Assembly: GCA_010015805.1 (NCBI GenBank)
Contig: ML978124.1
Span: forward strand, 496,001 to 560,000
DNA: 64,000 nucleotides
Origin: Rhizodiscina lignyota
Lineage: Eukaryota
Direction: 5' to 3'
Below are positions 38,096-51,958 of the stretch, piece by piece. A program made the translations under genes and the position numbers. Numbering within the stretch: the stretch's first letter is position 1; each line of letters starts with the position of its first letter. Under the pieces are notes generated by a model. The model made no database searches. It was given only the letters and a program-made list of their open reading frames with translations, and was not told where the DNA came from.

Positions 38096-38817
38096 GTTGG
38101 ATAGAGGCAGCCCCGAGAGACTGGAGGATCCGCTTTGGTCATTTCATTGTCTCTAGAAGCGTGGGAGACTTTGACTTAAGGTGAGTTACATGGCAGATCG
38201 AGTGTGGTCGTCGCTCCCGTTCACAATACGATGCTGCTGAGTTCTCGAAGCTACCCCTGCGTGCCCCACGCGATACCCTTACTCGGCCGAATAAATCGTC
38301 ATCCATAAGGCATGGTCTTTCTGAAATACATACGCAAAGTTTTATGCACACTTTTTCATTGAATGGTTTTTTTTCACTATCGAATCCTATCGTACAACCT
38401 GATTGGGTTATCCTAACCCGGATGCGGTCAGAAGCATGCTCAATGGTGAGATCAAGCATGTCCAACTGCAGTACCTTGTCGAACCCAGATGAAATCAAAG
38501 TGGGCAAAGTGGAGAAAATGAAACGGAAAGTCCATCAACAAGAAATGACACGGATTCAGTGCCCAAACCATACGTCTACACGTTTGAGGTTGGGAGTGTG
38601 TGATTGCAAGGTGAACCTGTAGCTTTCGAGGGGTGAGAGTGAACTATCCGCAACAAGAAGAAAAGAAACTGTTGTCATATCCGCCAGTGTATTAGGGGGC
38701 ACATAGGCCAATGCAATTGAAGTCCAACGTGTCGCACAACGGAACAAGACTGGGTGAGCTGCCAAGAGCAAGACGAACGGAAATGCTGAGAATGCTCTTC
38801 GCAACGTGTACGTCCGC

Positions 38818-41100
38818 TCAGTGAACGCTCGTGTGGACACCGTTGTGCTTTGCACAAGGGTCATCTCCATAGAAGATGTTCACCGTCTCCCACTCTTCGA
38901 ATTGGGAAAGCTCGAGCTTGAACTTGGTAGCATCCTTGATGTTGTTGAAGCGGAACTCAACAACGCGATTCTGGTGGTTTTGGTTAGCCGTTCAATTATA
39001 GTATCGTGTGATGAAATACCTACTCCACGCGGATTCGTGCCATTGATAATACGCTCGACCATGCGATCGTTTCTATCAGCCAGCCTGGTCAGATATCCCA
39101 CGCTCAAGTTTTTCGCAACACCTATTGCTCGCACACATCGCGTAACGCCAGAGAGAATGCAGCCTCGCAAGAAATCATGAATATGATCGTTATGATCTCC
39201 AAGCTCCACCTTGGCGTAGCGGCCGGTCGTGTTCGGAATAGGGATACCATTGGAAGTGCTCTTGAAGTACTTCATGCAGTCATCGTGGGTCATGAACTTC
39301 ACTATTGCTGACCGCTGACCAGTGATGTACATAATCTTCTCGATTCGACCTCCCCACACGAGAGAGAGGACATTGCTGGTAGCGTAGGTTGAGGGAAATC
39401 CAGAGAGCCGAACAGAGCGAGTTTCGGACGCTACGTCGCAAGCATTAGTAAACTTGGCAACTGTGATGAAGTGAGGATAAATCGACTTACGGAATTCTAT
39501 AGTACCCTGTTTCGGCAAAGCCTTGAAGACAAACAAGCCCTCAGTCTCGACTTCCTCGCAGTTCATGTCCTCCATCGCTTCATGAGCTGGGATGGTACTA
39601 GAAGGCCTGATGACACGTAACTTGGGCAGCTCCGAATTGAACTTCAGCGCAGGGGATCCAACCGGAGATGTTTCCTTCTTCAATAACTCAGCGCTCAATG
39701 TCTCAGCCTTCAATGCTTCAGCCTCCGCAGCTGCGGCATCTTCTGCCGCTTCGAGCTCGTCAATGGCCGCTACAGCCAGGCCATGAAGAGTGTCGTTCAA
39801 AGTCTTCAAGTTAGCCTTCGACTCGTTCTCACGCTTCATCGCAGCTCTAAGTGCCTCCTGGGTCTTGTCCAACTCATTCTTGGTATCCTCGACATGCTTC
39901 TTGGCCTCCTCGACTACCTTCTGGGCGTTCGTAAGCTGATCTTCGATCCGGTAGCGCTTGCCCCGAGCCTCTGTACGATCCGCCTCGGCTTTGTGAAGAG
40001 TCTCTTTCATCTGGTCGATATCGCCCATGGCATTCTGTAATTTCTTCTTCGTAGCTTGATGCTTGTCGAGTTTGAGAAGGAGCTTCGTGAAATCAGTCAT
40101 CAGGATCTCGCGGTCTTTGGCCCTTCCATTTTTGAGCTCCCCTGGAACTGCCTTGCGTGAAGCCTCTCTCTCCTCTGCATGCTTCTTTTCAGTCTGTTTG
40201 CGCAGTGCTTCGCGCTCTTCTGCCTCTCGAACGGCCTTCTCTAGAGCCGCCTGCTCCTTCAATGCGCGCTTGCGCTGCGCTTCGATGCGCTCCACTTCGA
40301 TGCGCTCCAGCTCAGTCTTTCGATGCTCTTGAGCAAGATGCACCTTAGAATCATGAGGCGCGGCGAAGCGCTTGTTTGCCTGACTCGAAGGCGTGAAGGA
40401 CCTGGATGCCATCCTCTTGCCTGGGGGAGAGATAGAGCCTGCCGGGCTATCCGAAGAAGGGCGACTGAAAAGGTCGCTACGAGAGAATGCACCCTCAACG
40501 TTCTGAGCCAGACTCAACTCCTGTGGGGGAGGTGATGGGGTTCCAGAGTCTCGACTGCTAGAGCGAAGAGTGAATGCAAGCGCACTAACTGGAAGCGCGT
40601 TGGATTTATCGCCAAGCGCCGTAGGAGCCGTATCAATGGAGGCGGAGATGTCTGAGAAGCGTCAGTACTGGCCGCTTCAAATCTTGCTAGTCAGCGGCAG
40701 GATGGGGTGATTCGGATCAATTTATGCTGTCAAGGTTCGGATTGATGAAACACATACTCGCACTTGGTGATCCAGCTTTCACTGCGACGGCGTGAATCTT
40801 CTCTTGGGAGGACTCCTCTTGCTCAGCGACGCCTTTAAACGCGATATCTCGATCAGATCCGCTCCGATGGTGAGCACCTTGTCCGCGGGCACGAACAACT
40901 TCTGCAGAGTTCTCGAAGGGGTTGGCGCCAGGCTTTGATGGCTGAGGAGCGTTGGAAGCTGAGCTGGTGGAGGGCAAAGTCGAACTTCCCAAGTTGAGCT
41001 GGAACCCCGCCCTCCCCAGATAGCTTTTCAGGTTGCCATCTTTGCCGCGTGTTGGCTGTTTGTCCTCACTGCCAGGTGACGCCCACTTTGATTGACGCAT
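38818..41100 (-). CDS. Coiled-coil plus two C-terminal RRM-like domain protein, 3 exons
   Basis: RSVRLSGFP...VWGGRIEKI...AIVKF; TRCVRAIG; spliced end VVEFRFNNIKDA...IFYGDDPC, typical of fungal RRM proteins. Confidence 0.75.
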
Positions 41101-42078
41101 CCTGCCTCTAAGCACACAGCCGTGGCCAAGAGACTCACAGAAAGGCGAATGGTTTTGGGAAGAAGTTGCTCGTAACCAAGATCGAAGAGGTGTTTTGATT
41201 TTCTCGGGGAGAAAGGTGAGTGAAAGAGTTTTCCCTCAGCAACGCGCCGCACAACAACAACAAGCTTCTGAGATTGGAAGGAACGACTGCCCACCTGGTG
41301 GGTGGCAAATTAAACCTACAGTTTGCGGGGTGGCTCCCTAACACTCCTACCTTATTCTTCCACGGAGACTATAGTAATTCCCACCCGCGCATATTAACTT
41401 CATATTAGCGCAACCTAAGGTTACGAGCAGCTTTGAGCGCCCCAGCCTGAAGTTCAGACAGCTCTTCACTTGGCCAAAGAGTTCGTATTTGAGCCTCCTT
41501 ACGCGCCACTAAACTGGTCTAGAGCCTCAAGATCATGCCTTTCATACCATACTTCAACCTTGCCTAACTTAAACATCTTTCGCGGTCCCGCGGACTGAAT
41601 GATTGCTGGAAATGAAGGGCGCTTCATAGGAACGACGACGCTAAAGGCACCTTCAATTAAATGAGAAAGGGCGAGCTTCGCCTACTAATGGAACATTTTG
41701 AAGATTTCTCTTTACTACATTAGCGTAGATGTGGCTGATATCATTATCAAAAGAAACCTAGCATCAAGTGAAGTGGTTGTGATTTCCTTGGCGCATGATA
41801 CGGCTTGGAGGGCCAGATTTCGGGGCGGGCCGGCCGCCGCCAAAACATATCCCCGCGTTGACGTATGGCTGGGCTGCAGGTGGCTCCTTTCGCCCTGAGA
41901 CCTATTCACGAGATCTTACCCTGGTGGCACCCTCAGTATATATTCTATCTTTATCCGCTTCGACCGCCTCGAGGCTTTTCGCTCCCTTTGGTACCAGCCT
42001 TGAAAGATGGGCCGATAAGAACCTTCGCAAATCCTCAATACCTTGATAACGAGAGACTCCCGTCGCCACAAAGCGACC

Positions 42079-43722
42079 ATGACCCTCGACAATGACACCC
42101 GCGGGTGGATTATGACCCTGGCTTCCGGGATTGGTATGTATCTCACGGTCTACGAATACTTACTTTACCTTTACAAGACTGACAGTCGGATAGCTTGCGT
42201 CCTTGGATCATCCATTATTTGCGTCGACGTATTCGTTCGCATGATTCCTGGGCAGAAGGACTTTAGGATTCAAGATAGTAACGGATTCCTATCGTCATCA
42301 CTAAGCCTTAGTTTCGGTGTCATGGTAAGACTTTGCAATTTGGAAGCAGATCGGTCGAGCTTACTTTATTTCTCAGTTGTTCTCGTCGCTTTACAGCATG
42401 CTGCCTTCAGCAAAACGGTCGCTCGAGAAAGGCGGATTTTCCTCTCAGGAAGCAGCATGGATTCTGATTCTATGTTTTATTGCTGGTGTGGTAGGCATTC
42501 AGATTATATCACGGGTTTTACACCATTACATGCCCTCTCATGTAGTTGACTGCGACCACACTCACCAAGGCGGCGAGGAACAATCTGGTGTACATTCTGG
42601 CCACGCAAGACCTCACCGTCATTCTCATGGGGAGCGAAGAGCATCCGACCTTTCCACACATACTGATCCCGAAATGGCGATGCGTGAATCTGCCGAATCA
42701 CTTCGGCAGAATGGAAGTTACAGTGGCACCGATGCTAACGGAGCTCTGGCACGAAGACCGTCCTTGCCTTACCAATTGACAAAGCAAGTATCGCAATTAA
42801 TGACAAGGACGAAGTCATCTTGCGACGTCGATGGCCAGTGTTATGGCTATTCTGAACCCTGTGGACTTGAATGTTTCAAGATCGTACAGTCTCGGGGAGG
42901 AACTCGTCTACCTTCCACTGGCGCTATTCGGCACCCGGGCCTGTCACGTAGCGCGACCACAAGTCGAGCGGTGGCTCGGACGGGTGAGCGCCAGCCGCTA
43001 CTCCAGGATATTGTCGAGGATCGCACCCTCTCACCGCCCAAGAATGGCTCTCCGATTCTGTCTGTCAATGGGTCGACCGGACCTAGTAATTACAGCTCTC
43101 TTCACCAGACAGACGCGCACTCTGAAGGCACAGCAGAAACAGAGTTCGACGAGGGAGACGATGACCTAGCCCATGATCATCACCATCACGTCCCAACAAA
43201 TGCGTTTCTTTCTATTGGCCTACAGACCTCCATCGCTATTGCTCTTCATAAGCTACCTGAAGGGTTCATCACCTACGCAACAAATCACGCCAATCCCCAA
43301 TTGGGTTTATCAGTCTTTATGGCCTTGTTTATCCATAATATCACTGAGGGATTCGCAATGGCTCTTCCACTATACTTGGCCATCAACAGTAGATGGAAGG
43401 CTATGTTTTGGAGCGCCTTACTTGGTGGAGCGAGCCAACCGCTGGGGGCAGGAGTTGCAGCTTTGTGGTTTCGGCTTGCTAGACGTGGAGATAGCGAGCC
43501 AGGCGAAGGAGTTTACGGTGGAATGTTTGCGGTTACTGGTATGCCAATCTCCCATAAATGAATTTTCGAAATGCTAACCTTGCTGCAGCTGGTATCATGG
43601 CGTCGGTTGCTTTGCAGCTTTTTTCCGAGAGCTTAGACTTGACACATAACCGTAATTTATGTATGGCGTTTGCCTTTGTTGGAATGGGTATTCTGGGTAT
43701 TAGCTCGGCGTTAACCGCGTAG
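42079..43722 (+). CDS. ZIP-family zinc transporter (Zrt3-like), 4 exons
   Basis: SLSLSFGVM, His-rich loop HDHHHH, IALHKLPEG and FIHNITEG ZIP signatures. Confidence 0.92.
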
Positions 43723-44179
43723 ACGAATGGTTTCAAGGAAGGAGGCTCATCTCATTGGAAGGCCTTTTCCAATTATTCATGGGAAAAAACATATTTAGCT
43801 CCATCAGGATTGCTTCGGTCAGGGTTCGTGTATGTACAATAAAATTCCAAGACATGTATTATGCAAACACTGTCACAAGGTACGAATCACCTTGTAAATT
43901 AGACAGTCAGTTCGCCACCGACAGTAAGGCCGCCATTCAAAATATACGGTGTGGTTCGATAAACATGTGATTTGTGGCCTTAAGGTTGTTGATCTGCCGC
44001 CAGCCCGCGTTTAATGCCCCGCGGTTCCTTGCATCACTAAAAAGTTACAGAACACCCAGGTTCCACCATTTCCGCTCTCTCGGCTTTCAGATCGACTGCT
44101 GGTGCCTCACACCATCTTCGAACGTTCTCTTCACCAAACCCATTTCAAAACACTTTCATCGAACAACGGGTCCTTGAAG

Positions 44180-45601
44180 ATGAACTCAGAAGACGCCGGA
44201 GGCGGCGAAAAGCCCAGCAACGGAAAGTCCAGCAAGCCACGCGACAGCAAAGGCTGGGATGGCAAGCTTCGCGTTGAGAGGAGGCCTCTGATCGTGAACC
44301 CCGAAGCGTTGTCTGATCCTGACTACTCTGACGAAGATGCGCCCCCTCCGGAGCTGATCGAGGCGGATGAAGGTGCGTATCGCGGTTGGCACGCGAGCTT
44401 CCTTGGAAACTGACTCCGGACTCTTGGTAGATCTGTTAGATGGTGTTGAAGAAGACACCGAGGTTTGTTTCTCCGGACCCAGCTTTACTGACCACCTGCT
44501 AATGTTGGCGCGTCGTAGGAGGTCGACCTCGTACACTGCCGCATCACCTCAATCCCCGCCTTGCACCTCGAGCGCTTCCAGAAGGTTCAGGTTTGTGTTG
44601 GCAGATATGCTATGAGATCTTGGCCAAACCTGACCTGTTAACAGAGGCTTTGTCTGCGCCAGAACCAAATCACCATCGTCGAGCTCCCGCAGGAGTGGGC
44701 TTCTACTTCTACTCTACAGGATATTGACCTCTACGACAACCTGCTCAAGCATATCGAAGGTCTGGATAGCCTTCTCGAACTCATCAGCCTCGACCTGAGC
44801 TTCAACAAGATCAAGCACATCAAGAATGTCAACCACTTGACGAAGCTGAAGGATCTCTATTTCGTGCAGAACAAGATCCAGAACATCGAGGGCTTGGAGG
44901 GTCTGAGCAACCTCAGGAACCTGGAGTTGGCTGGAAACCGGTTGAGAGTAAGGCTGCAGTTTGTCAATTACGCGGCTATCCTTACTAACTCAGGCTACAG
45001 ACGATCGAGAATCTCGAGTCCCTCAAAGGCCTTGAGGAGTTGTGGCTAGGCAAAAACAAGATCACCGAGATCAAGGTTTGCGAACAGATGCACCTCATCC
45101 ACAGTTGGCTTGCTAAACCTCATCAAGAACATCGACAGCCTCTCCAACCTCCGTATCCTCTCCATCCAGTCGAACCGTCTTACGCAAATCTCCGGCCTGT
45201 CCTCCCTTACCTCTCTCGAAGAGCTCTACATCTCACACAACGCGCTGACTAACATCTCCGGCCTCGAGTCCAACACGTCCCTCCGCGTCCTCGACGTGTC
45301 CAACAACCCGATCGACCATTTCACCGGCCTGACAAACAACTCCAACCTCGAAGAAGTATGGGCGAGCAATTGCCTCTTTGGAGACTTTGCTGAAGTGGAG
45401 CGCGAGTTGAAGGACAAGGAAAAGCTGGACACCGTGTACTTTGAGGGAAATCCTCTGCAGAAGAACCAGCCGGTGCTGTATCGCAACAAGATTCGCTTGG
45501 CGTTGCCACAGGTCAAGCAGATCGATGCGAGTAAGTTGCCATTCTACCTCTGGATGAGTTGAACATGCTAACTGTGAGTAGCGTACGTGAAAGTGAGCTG
45601 A
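44180..45601 (+). CDS. SDS22: Protein phosphatase 1 regulatory subunit (LRR), multi-exon
   Basis: GWDGKLRV, NPEALSDPDYSDEDAPP, SDS22-type LRRs, TVYFEGNPLQ, YRNKIRLALPQVKQIDA. Confidence 0.93.
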
Positions 45602-46077
45602 GGCAGCCACTCCGACGACTGAATACGCTTCTACATCCCAGAAGGGATTAGCAGCTCACACTTTAGCATTTTCAAGGCTCTCGTGTTTTACTGGAGCCAT
45701 TATGAGGGTATGTACAGTACGCCGTATGGTATTATACGGCTTGGACGGGAAATGATATCCCATTTCGATGCAAAAAAAACGACATGGCATTTTGGCATGG
45801 AATTGAAGTTGGTCATACAACGAACTTCACGAGCGCTGCATATGCAGGAGTGCTTTTGGTGTATCTGAGCTAGACGCATATCGCCCACCGAATGTAGTGG
45901 GCGGAAAGACGATTCTTCTCACGAAGAGCAAAATATAGTTATCAAAAAGTGTACCCCATGCTTTCGTCCTTGCTCGCCCGCTGAAACGAACAAGCCGAAA
46001 ATGCGAAGTGCCATCCCCAGAAACTTGCCCCCTAATTCATTTGCAAGACTCGCTCGATGCGCCGTAATGTACAGCTC

Positions 46078-48269
46078 CTACGACCTCATCTCCTCCAACT
46101 CCAACTCCAGCCTCCTTATCTTCTCATCCCTCTCATCCCTTCCCCCAGCACTTGCGCCACCACTGGCAACCTTGCTCTTCAGCATATCGACTTCCCCAGT
46201 GAGGTTCGTAATCTGCTCGCTCTGCGTGGCCATCATGCGGTTCTGCGCCTCAAGCATGGCCATCAACCTGGCCTGCGCATCCTTGATGTCCTGCAAATGC
46301 GCTTTGAGGCCCTCGGCTGCGCCGCTTGCTGTTGGGCCTGCTGCACTGGGTGGGGGTCCGCTCGACACTGGCGCAGGTGCTGGTGTAGGGGTGGATGTGG
46401 GCGGGTCCGCAACTGTGGGCACTGATCTCGCCCCAGACTTTGGCTCGGTTTTCTGCACGGGCTTTTCTGGTTCCTTCGCGATTGCGGGACCACGAGTCTT
46501 TTCCTCCATTCGAGCTACCGTCGCCGATGGCCGCTCGACGGGCTTGGGTATCTCCTCGAAGCTCGAATCATCGTCATCTTCTTCCTTCTCGTCTTCATCT
46601 TTATCCGCGAACTTGGATGCCATAGCCGACATGGAGGCCTTGTTGTCCTTCATGCTTGGCATGGTGTCTCTCTGCACTGGTGCAGGTTCCGCTTTCGGCT
46701 GAGCCTTTGGTGCTTCTGTCTTGGCTGGCGGTGGGCTCTGTAGGGGTGTCTGTGTGGCCGGCTTGTAATCCGCGGGGACTTCCTTCGGTGCTCCGCCTTC
46801 GTAGACGCTCTCGAGTGAAATCTTGGGAGGGAGACCGTCTTTTCCATCGAACCACTCGCCAGCCGACACGGCAGGTTTGATGCCGTTGGTAGGTGGGTAG
46901 ATGTCACCTTGGAAGACTTCAGCACGGCGGGGAACGATGAAAGAGATGGGCTCGACGTATGTATCAGCCACGGTCTTGTAAGCACGCATGACTTCATTGT
47001 CGTGGAGCTGGCAAAGATATTAGTATCTGGACTGTAATATGTATTTCATGAGAGGAGCATACATTGATCCCACGCTTTGGTAAGAAGGCAATGCCTCGCT
47101 GTGGATCAGGTGATTTGTACTCGGAGAGGTACTCAAATTTGTCGTTTTCATACTCGTAGTAGCGGATATTCCCGTCACTGAAACTGGTTAGCGATAGAAA
47201 GTACTCAATTCATGACAAAACTTACCCTTTGCCTGCAAGATAAAGGCATTTCGTTCCATCGTCCCAGAATGGCATACAGACCCCAGATATTTGGTCCAGA
47301 ATCATGAATCCACCAATAGGCTCCTTTGGTGCCCTCACATCCCATAGGCCCAACTGACGATCGCTCATGCGCGAGAAGCCTGTTGTTGCGATCCTGTCGT
47401 GCTCGCCCATCCACACAGCCCGGCTATTTTTCGCTCCTGAATGGCCTTGGTTTTCCTGTACTGGCTTCTCTTGCCTCACATCCCATAGGCGGAGCTTCTT
47501 GTCACGACTAGTTGTTACCAGAAGAGCACCATTCGCACTCCATGATAGCGATTGAACGACATCTCCATGCTTCAGCGTCAGCTTTGGTGCACCTGCTTCG
47601 ATATCCCATATCTTCACAGTATAGTCGCCGGACGAACTGGCAAGGACGTTGGCGGCGGAAGGATTGAACAGGACGTGGCCAACTTTTCTGGAATGTGCGG
47701 TGAATCTGCTGACCGGTCCGACGTCTTCTGGCTCTTCCGCGTCTGTGTACAGCGAAAAGTCCTCCGGGACCTTCCAGATGAAGACCTTGGCGTCGTCTGA
47801 GCCGGAGGCGATAAGCGAGTCGTTGAAAGGACTCCAGTCCGTATCCAATACAGCAGCAGTGTGTCCTCTAAATAACGGCATGCGCTCTGGGAGCTTCCCG
47901 CGCTCATTGGTAGGTATTACGGCGAACGCCCCACCGCCGCTCGCCTCCCAATTGACAGATATGTACTCCGGATTCGCCTAATATACATGTGAGTTTAGTC
48001 CAGCTCGTGTGGGGCCCGGCGGAGCTCACTTTGATAAGGTTGGTGTCCCAGGCATTCTTCGATATGCGGAGGTTATCATAGCATTGTTCCTTGTCGCCGT
48101 TAGTTTCAGAAGCTCAAGTTGTCTGAGAACGTTTCTATGCAGCTCACCTTTTTTGTAGACTGTCCAAAGACGTGACCTAGAAACTCTTCTTTAGCATAAT
48201 ACTCGGGTCCGGTGCAGAGCTGAGCGAATGCTTACGGTACTTCGAGGCTCTTACGAAGCGGCCAGCCAT
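46078..48269 (-). CDS. CRN1: Coronin (WD40 actin-binding protein), multi-exon
   Basis: MAGRFVRASKYRHVFG, NAWDTN, GHTAAVLDTDW, GFSRMSDRQ, LAGKGDGNIRYYE, PISFIVPRR and a C-terminal coiled coil. Confidence 0.96.
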
Positions 48270-48710
48270 TCTGGCGCGTAGGAAAAGAAAATAGTGAAAG
48301 AAAACAGGAGGTTACAGCCAAAGTGCTATGTTCACTTATGTACTATAGGTGCGTGGATCGCATATAAGGGGTTGAGGCTGAGATCGAGGTTGCGCGTGCT
48401 GAAACGAAGTCGCATGCGTCTTGTCGCGAGCTCCAGCCCAGCTTCGAGACGCGGACAAAGAAATATTCCGAGGAGCTTGGGCCATTTGTAGGGCTGAATT
48501 GTATAAGTTCGACAAAGTCACAGGGAAAGTCACAGGGACCACCGCAATCAATGTGCCAACTCAAAATTTCACTGCCCTCCCTTTATAACTGAATTTGGAA
48601 GACGGCGATATACGCTCGCTTTTGCCATTTCTCAATTGACCACTCTCGCAGCTCCTTCTGTATCCCTCGTCCTGTCACAGGGACAAACTCCACCGCCGAG
48701 CCACGAAGTC

Positions 48711-48717
48711 TGAGTCA
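48711..48717 (+). promoter_or_regulatory. Gcn4/CpcA-type element upstream of ILV3
   Basis: Exact TGAGTCA about 100 bp upstream of the ATG of an amino-acid biosynthesis gene. Confidence 0.55.
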
Positions 48718-48815
48718 ACCCCACTCAACCATTCTGCTGCAGTCGAGGATTATGTCCCGGTGACAATACCATAAAAGAGATCAACGCGGTAGAATTGAGG
48801 TTCATTAAGGCCAAT

Positions 48816-50748
48816 ATGCTCCTGCGACGGCTCATCACCGCTCCTTGCGGCTCCTTCTTGAGGTCCAGCACAGGTTCTCTGCGACAGGCCAATAGGCATG
48901 GTTCCATTACTCATCTATCAATGAGAGTAGTACTAATAAGGAGATGAAGCAGGCTTTTATCAACCTCACTGCCTCGTAAAGCCTCGCCGACCGACGATTC
49001 GAAAGTTCTGAATAAAGTCAGTAGCCATGTCACACAACCAAAGGCTCAGGGGGCGTCGCAGGCTATGCTGTACGGCACTGGTCTCACAGAAGAGGACATG
49101 AATAAGGCTCAGGTTGGCATATCGTCCGTGTGGTTCTCTGGCAACCCATGCAATATGCACCTCCTCCAGCTCAATAACAAGGTGAAAGAGGGCGTGGAAA
49201 ATGCCGGTATGACAAATGGAAAAAAAGTTCAAGTGGAGCTAGAGATGCTAACACAGTTGGATAGGCATGGTTGGGATGCAATTTAACACCATCGGTGTTA
49301 GTGATGCCATTTCAATGGGAACGAAGGGCATGAGATACTCGTTGCAATCACGAGATCTTATTGCTGACTCCATTGAATCCGTCATGGGCGGCCAGTGGTA
49401 CGATGCCAACATCTCCATTCCTGGATGTGACAAGAATATGCCAGGAGTGGTGATGGCAATGGGACGTCTCAATAGGCCTTCGCTTATGGTGTACGGAGGC
49501 ACAATCCAACCTGGTTGTGCAAAGACACTGAACAACCAGGATATTGATATTGTGTCAGCGTTCCAATCATATGGCCAATTTATCTATGGGGATATTAACG
49601 AGGAGACGCGCTTCGACATCATTCGGCATGCCTGCCCTGGAAGCGGAGCATGTGGTGGAATGTACACCGCAAATACCATGGCCACCGCGATCGAGACGAT
49701 GGGTCTGACGCTTCCTGGATCATCCTCGAACCCAGCAGAGTCAAAAGCGAAGCAACTCGAGTGTCTTGCTGCGGGTGGTGCTATCAAAAACCTTCTCGCG
49801 GAGGACATTCGCCCAAGCGATATCATCACCCGTCAAGCTCTCGAGGATGCCATGACAATCACTATGATTCTTGGCGGTTCAACCAATGCTGTCCTTCATC
49901 TTATTGCAATCGCTCACTCTGTTGGTATCAAGCTCACCATCGACGACTTCCAGGCCGTGAGCGATCGCACACCTTTCCTGGCAGACTTGAAGCCATCTGG
50001 CAAATACGTCATGGCGGATCTTTATGCTATTGGCGGCACACCTTCCCTGCACAAGTTCCTTATTGGAGAAGGTGTCATCGATGGTAACCGACTGACCGTA
50101 ACTGGTAAGACGCTTAAGGAGAACATCGAAAGCGCGCCTGCGTTCCCAGAAGACCAACAAATTCTCAAGCCGTTCAGCAACCCTATCAAGCCGACGGGGC
50201 ATATTCAAATCCTCCGCGGTAACCTTGCCCCTGGTGGCAGTGTAGGCAAGATCACTGGCAAAGAGGGTCTCAAGTTCAAAGGCAAAGCTCGCGTCTATAA
50301 TGACGAAGATGACTTCATTACCGCTGTTGAAGCCGGACAGCTAAAGAAAGGCGAGAAGGTCGTCGTCGTCATCCGCTACGAAGGACCAAAAGGTGGACCT
50401 GGCATGCCGGAAATGCTGAAGCCCAGTTCAGTGATCATGGGCGCCGGACTAGGCCAGGACGTTGCTCTGATCACAGACGGCAGATTCAGTGGAGGGAGCC
50501 ATGGATTCTTGATCGGTCATATTGTTCCTGAAGCGCAGGAAGGTGGTCCTATTGCCTTGGTGCAAGATGGGGACGAGATCACCATTGACGCAGAGAGCAG
50601 GGAGCTGAATCTCCATGTCAGCGAACAAGAATTGGAGAATCGACGAAAGGACTGGAAGGCACCGCCGCTGAAGTATCAAAAAGGTACTCTATTCAAATAC
50701 GCGAAGAATGTGAAGGATGCTAGTCTCGGAGCCATCACGGATGGCTAG
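48816..50748 (+). CDS. ILV3: Dihydroxy-acid dehydratase, mitochondrial, 3 exons
   Basis: [53 protein letters not shown]; Arg-rich presequence. Confidence 0.97.
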
Positions 50749-51958
50749 TGTAGTCGAAATCAAAAAGATCATTGCCTTGTTCCATAGCAAGGAATGTCCT
50801 CTTCGTGACCGTGTATGTCTGGCGTAACTGCGATGGGTGAGGCCTGATAAGTATTTTGTGCCTTACAAACGTTCAATACGTCATACCAGAGCCCAATTTT
50901 ACCTACAACAAGTACCTAGGCAAGATCATAAGATTAAGACAAATCGCCGGCGTGAAACGCATGCATACGATCACGGCCTCCTCCGATCGCAACCCCTTTG
51001 ACTGACAGCACTTCTCCTTATTAGATTGAAAAGGAGTATCATGTTACGGAGTAGAAGCAGTCTGCCGGAGGATTTTATACGCACTGGGCACATACTGACC
51101 CGAAAACCAGGGTTCGAGGTTTGGGGCGGAGAACATTGCAAGGGTGAAAAGTGTGGGGAAGCGAAATACTGGGACAGTCAATAATAATTCCGGACTTTTT
51201 ACGCTTCGGAAGCACCCAAGCAGTGACAGCGGGCTACGCCCGCAGCAGCCCTTACAGTAGCTGCTGGCATGCTGCAATCCTCGCACTGGAAGAGTCCGTT
51301 GTCCCGTTTCGTCTCCTCTCTCCGCACTCCTGCCGCTCTCTCCGTCTGGATTGGCCTTCACTAGCCCCGGAGTCCACCTGCGTATGGTATCTGCACCATG
51401 GCATGATCTCATGCCCGCTAGCGATCCTGCTAGGCAACGTTGACCGCTCACGGGATGATCTACGGGGGGCTGGCCGACGGCAGCTCTCTGTCGCTATTTG
51501 TCCAAAGGATCTTGGTTGTACCGAAGGTACCGAACATCGCTGCTGGAGCACCTGGACATGCGGCCGGTGTGGCACCCGAAAGGTCCAATCTCACCCGCAG
51601 GATGGAAGACTCCGCCTCTGCCGAGTTTGATCTGCTGTTCAAGCTATCTCGTAAACTGATCTCTGCTTCCTTCGTTTCTTTTGACTTTTAATTCCCGCCG
51701 TTCCCTTCTGTTGAAGTCGCGTCGTCGACCAATTTCACGCTCGCAAAACGCCTGTGCCTACCGGAGTAGCGCCCAACAATCGATTGAATAGGCCCTCGAA
51801 TCCAGGAACGCTCTCGTAGAGTGACGTTCACGATGAAGCCGCCTCAGTGACGCTCATTAACCAACATCCCATGCCAACACTCTTAACGCTTTAACGATTT
51901 CGGTATACAATGGTCAACTCTCTTCTACTCAACGGTTTGGCAACACGACGAATACGTC

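Noticed and set aside
46001..46702. 233-aa plus-strand ORF
   Set aside because: Antisense to the coronin C-terminal exon
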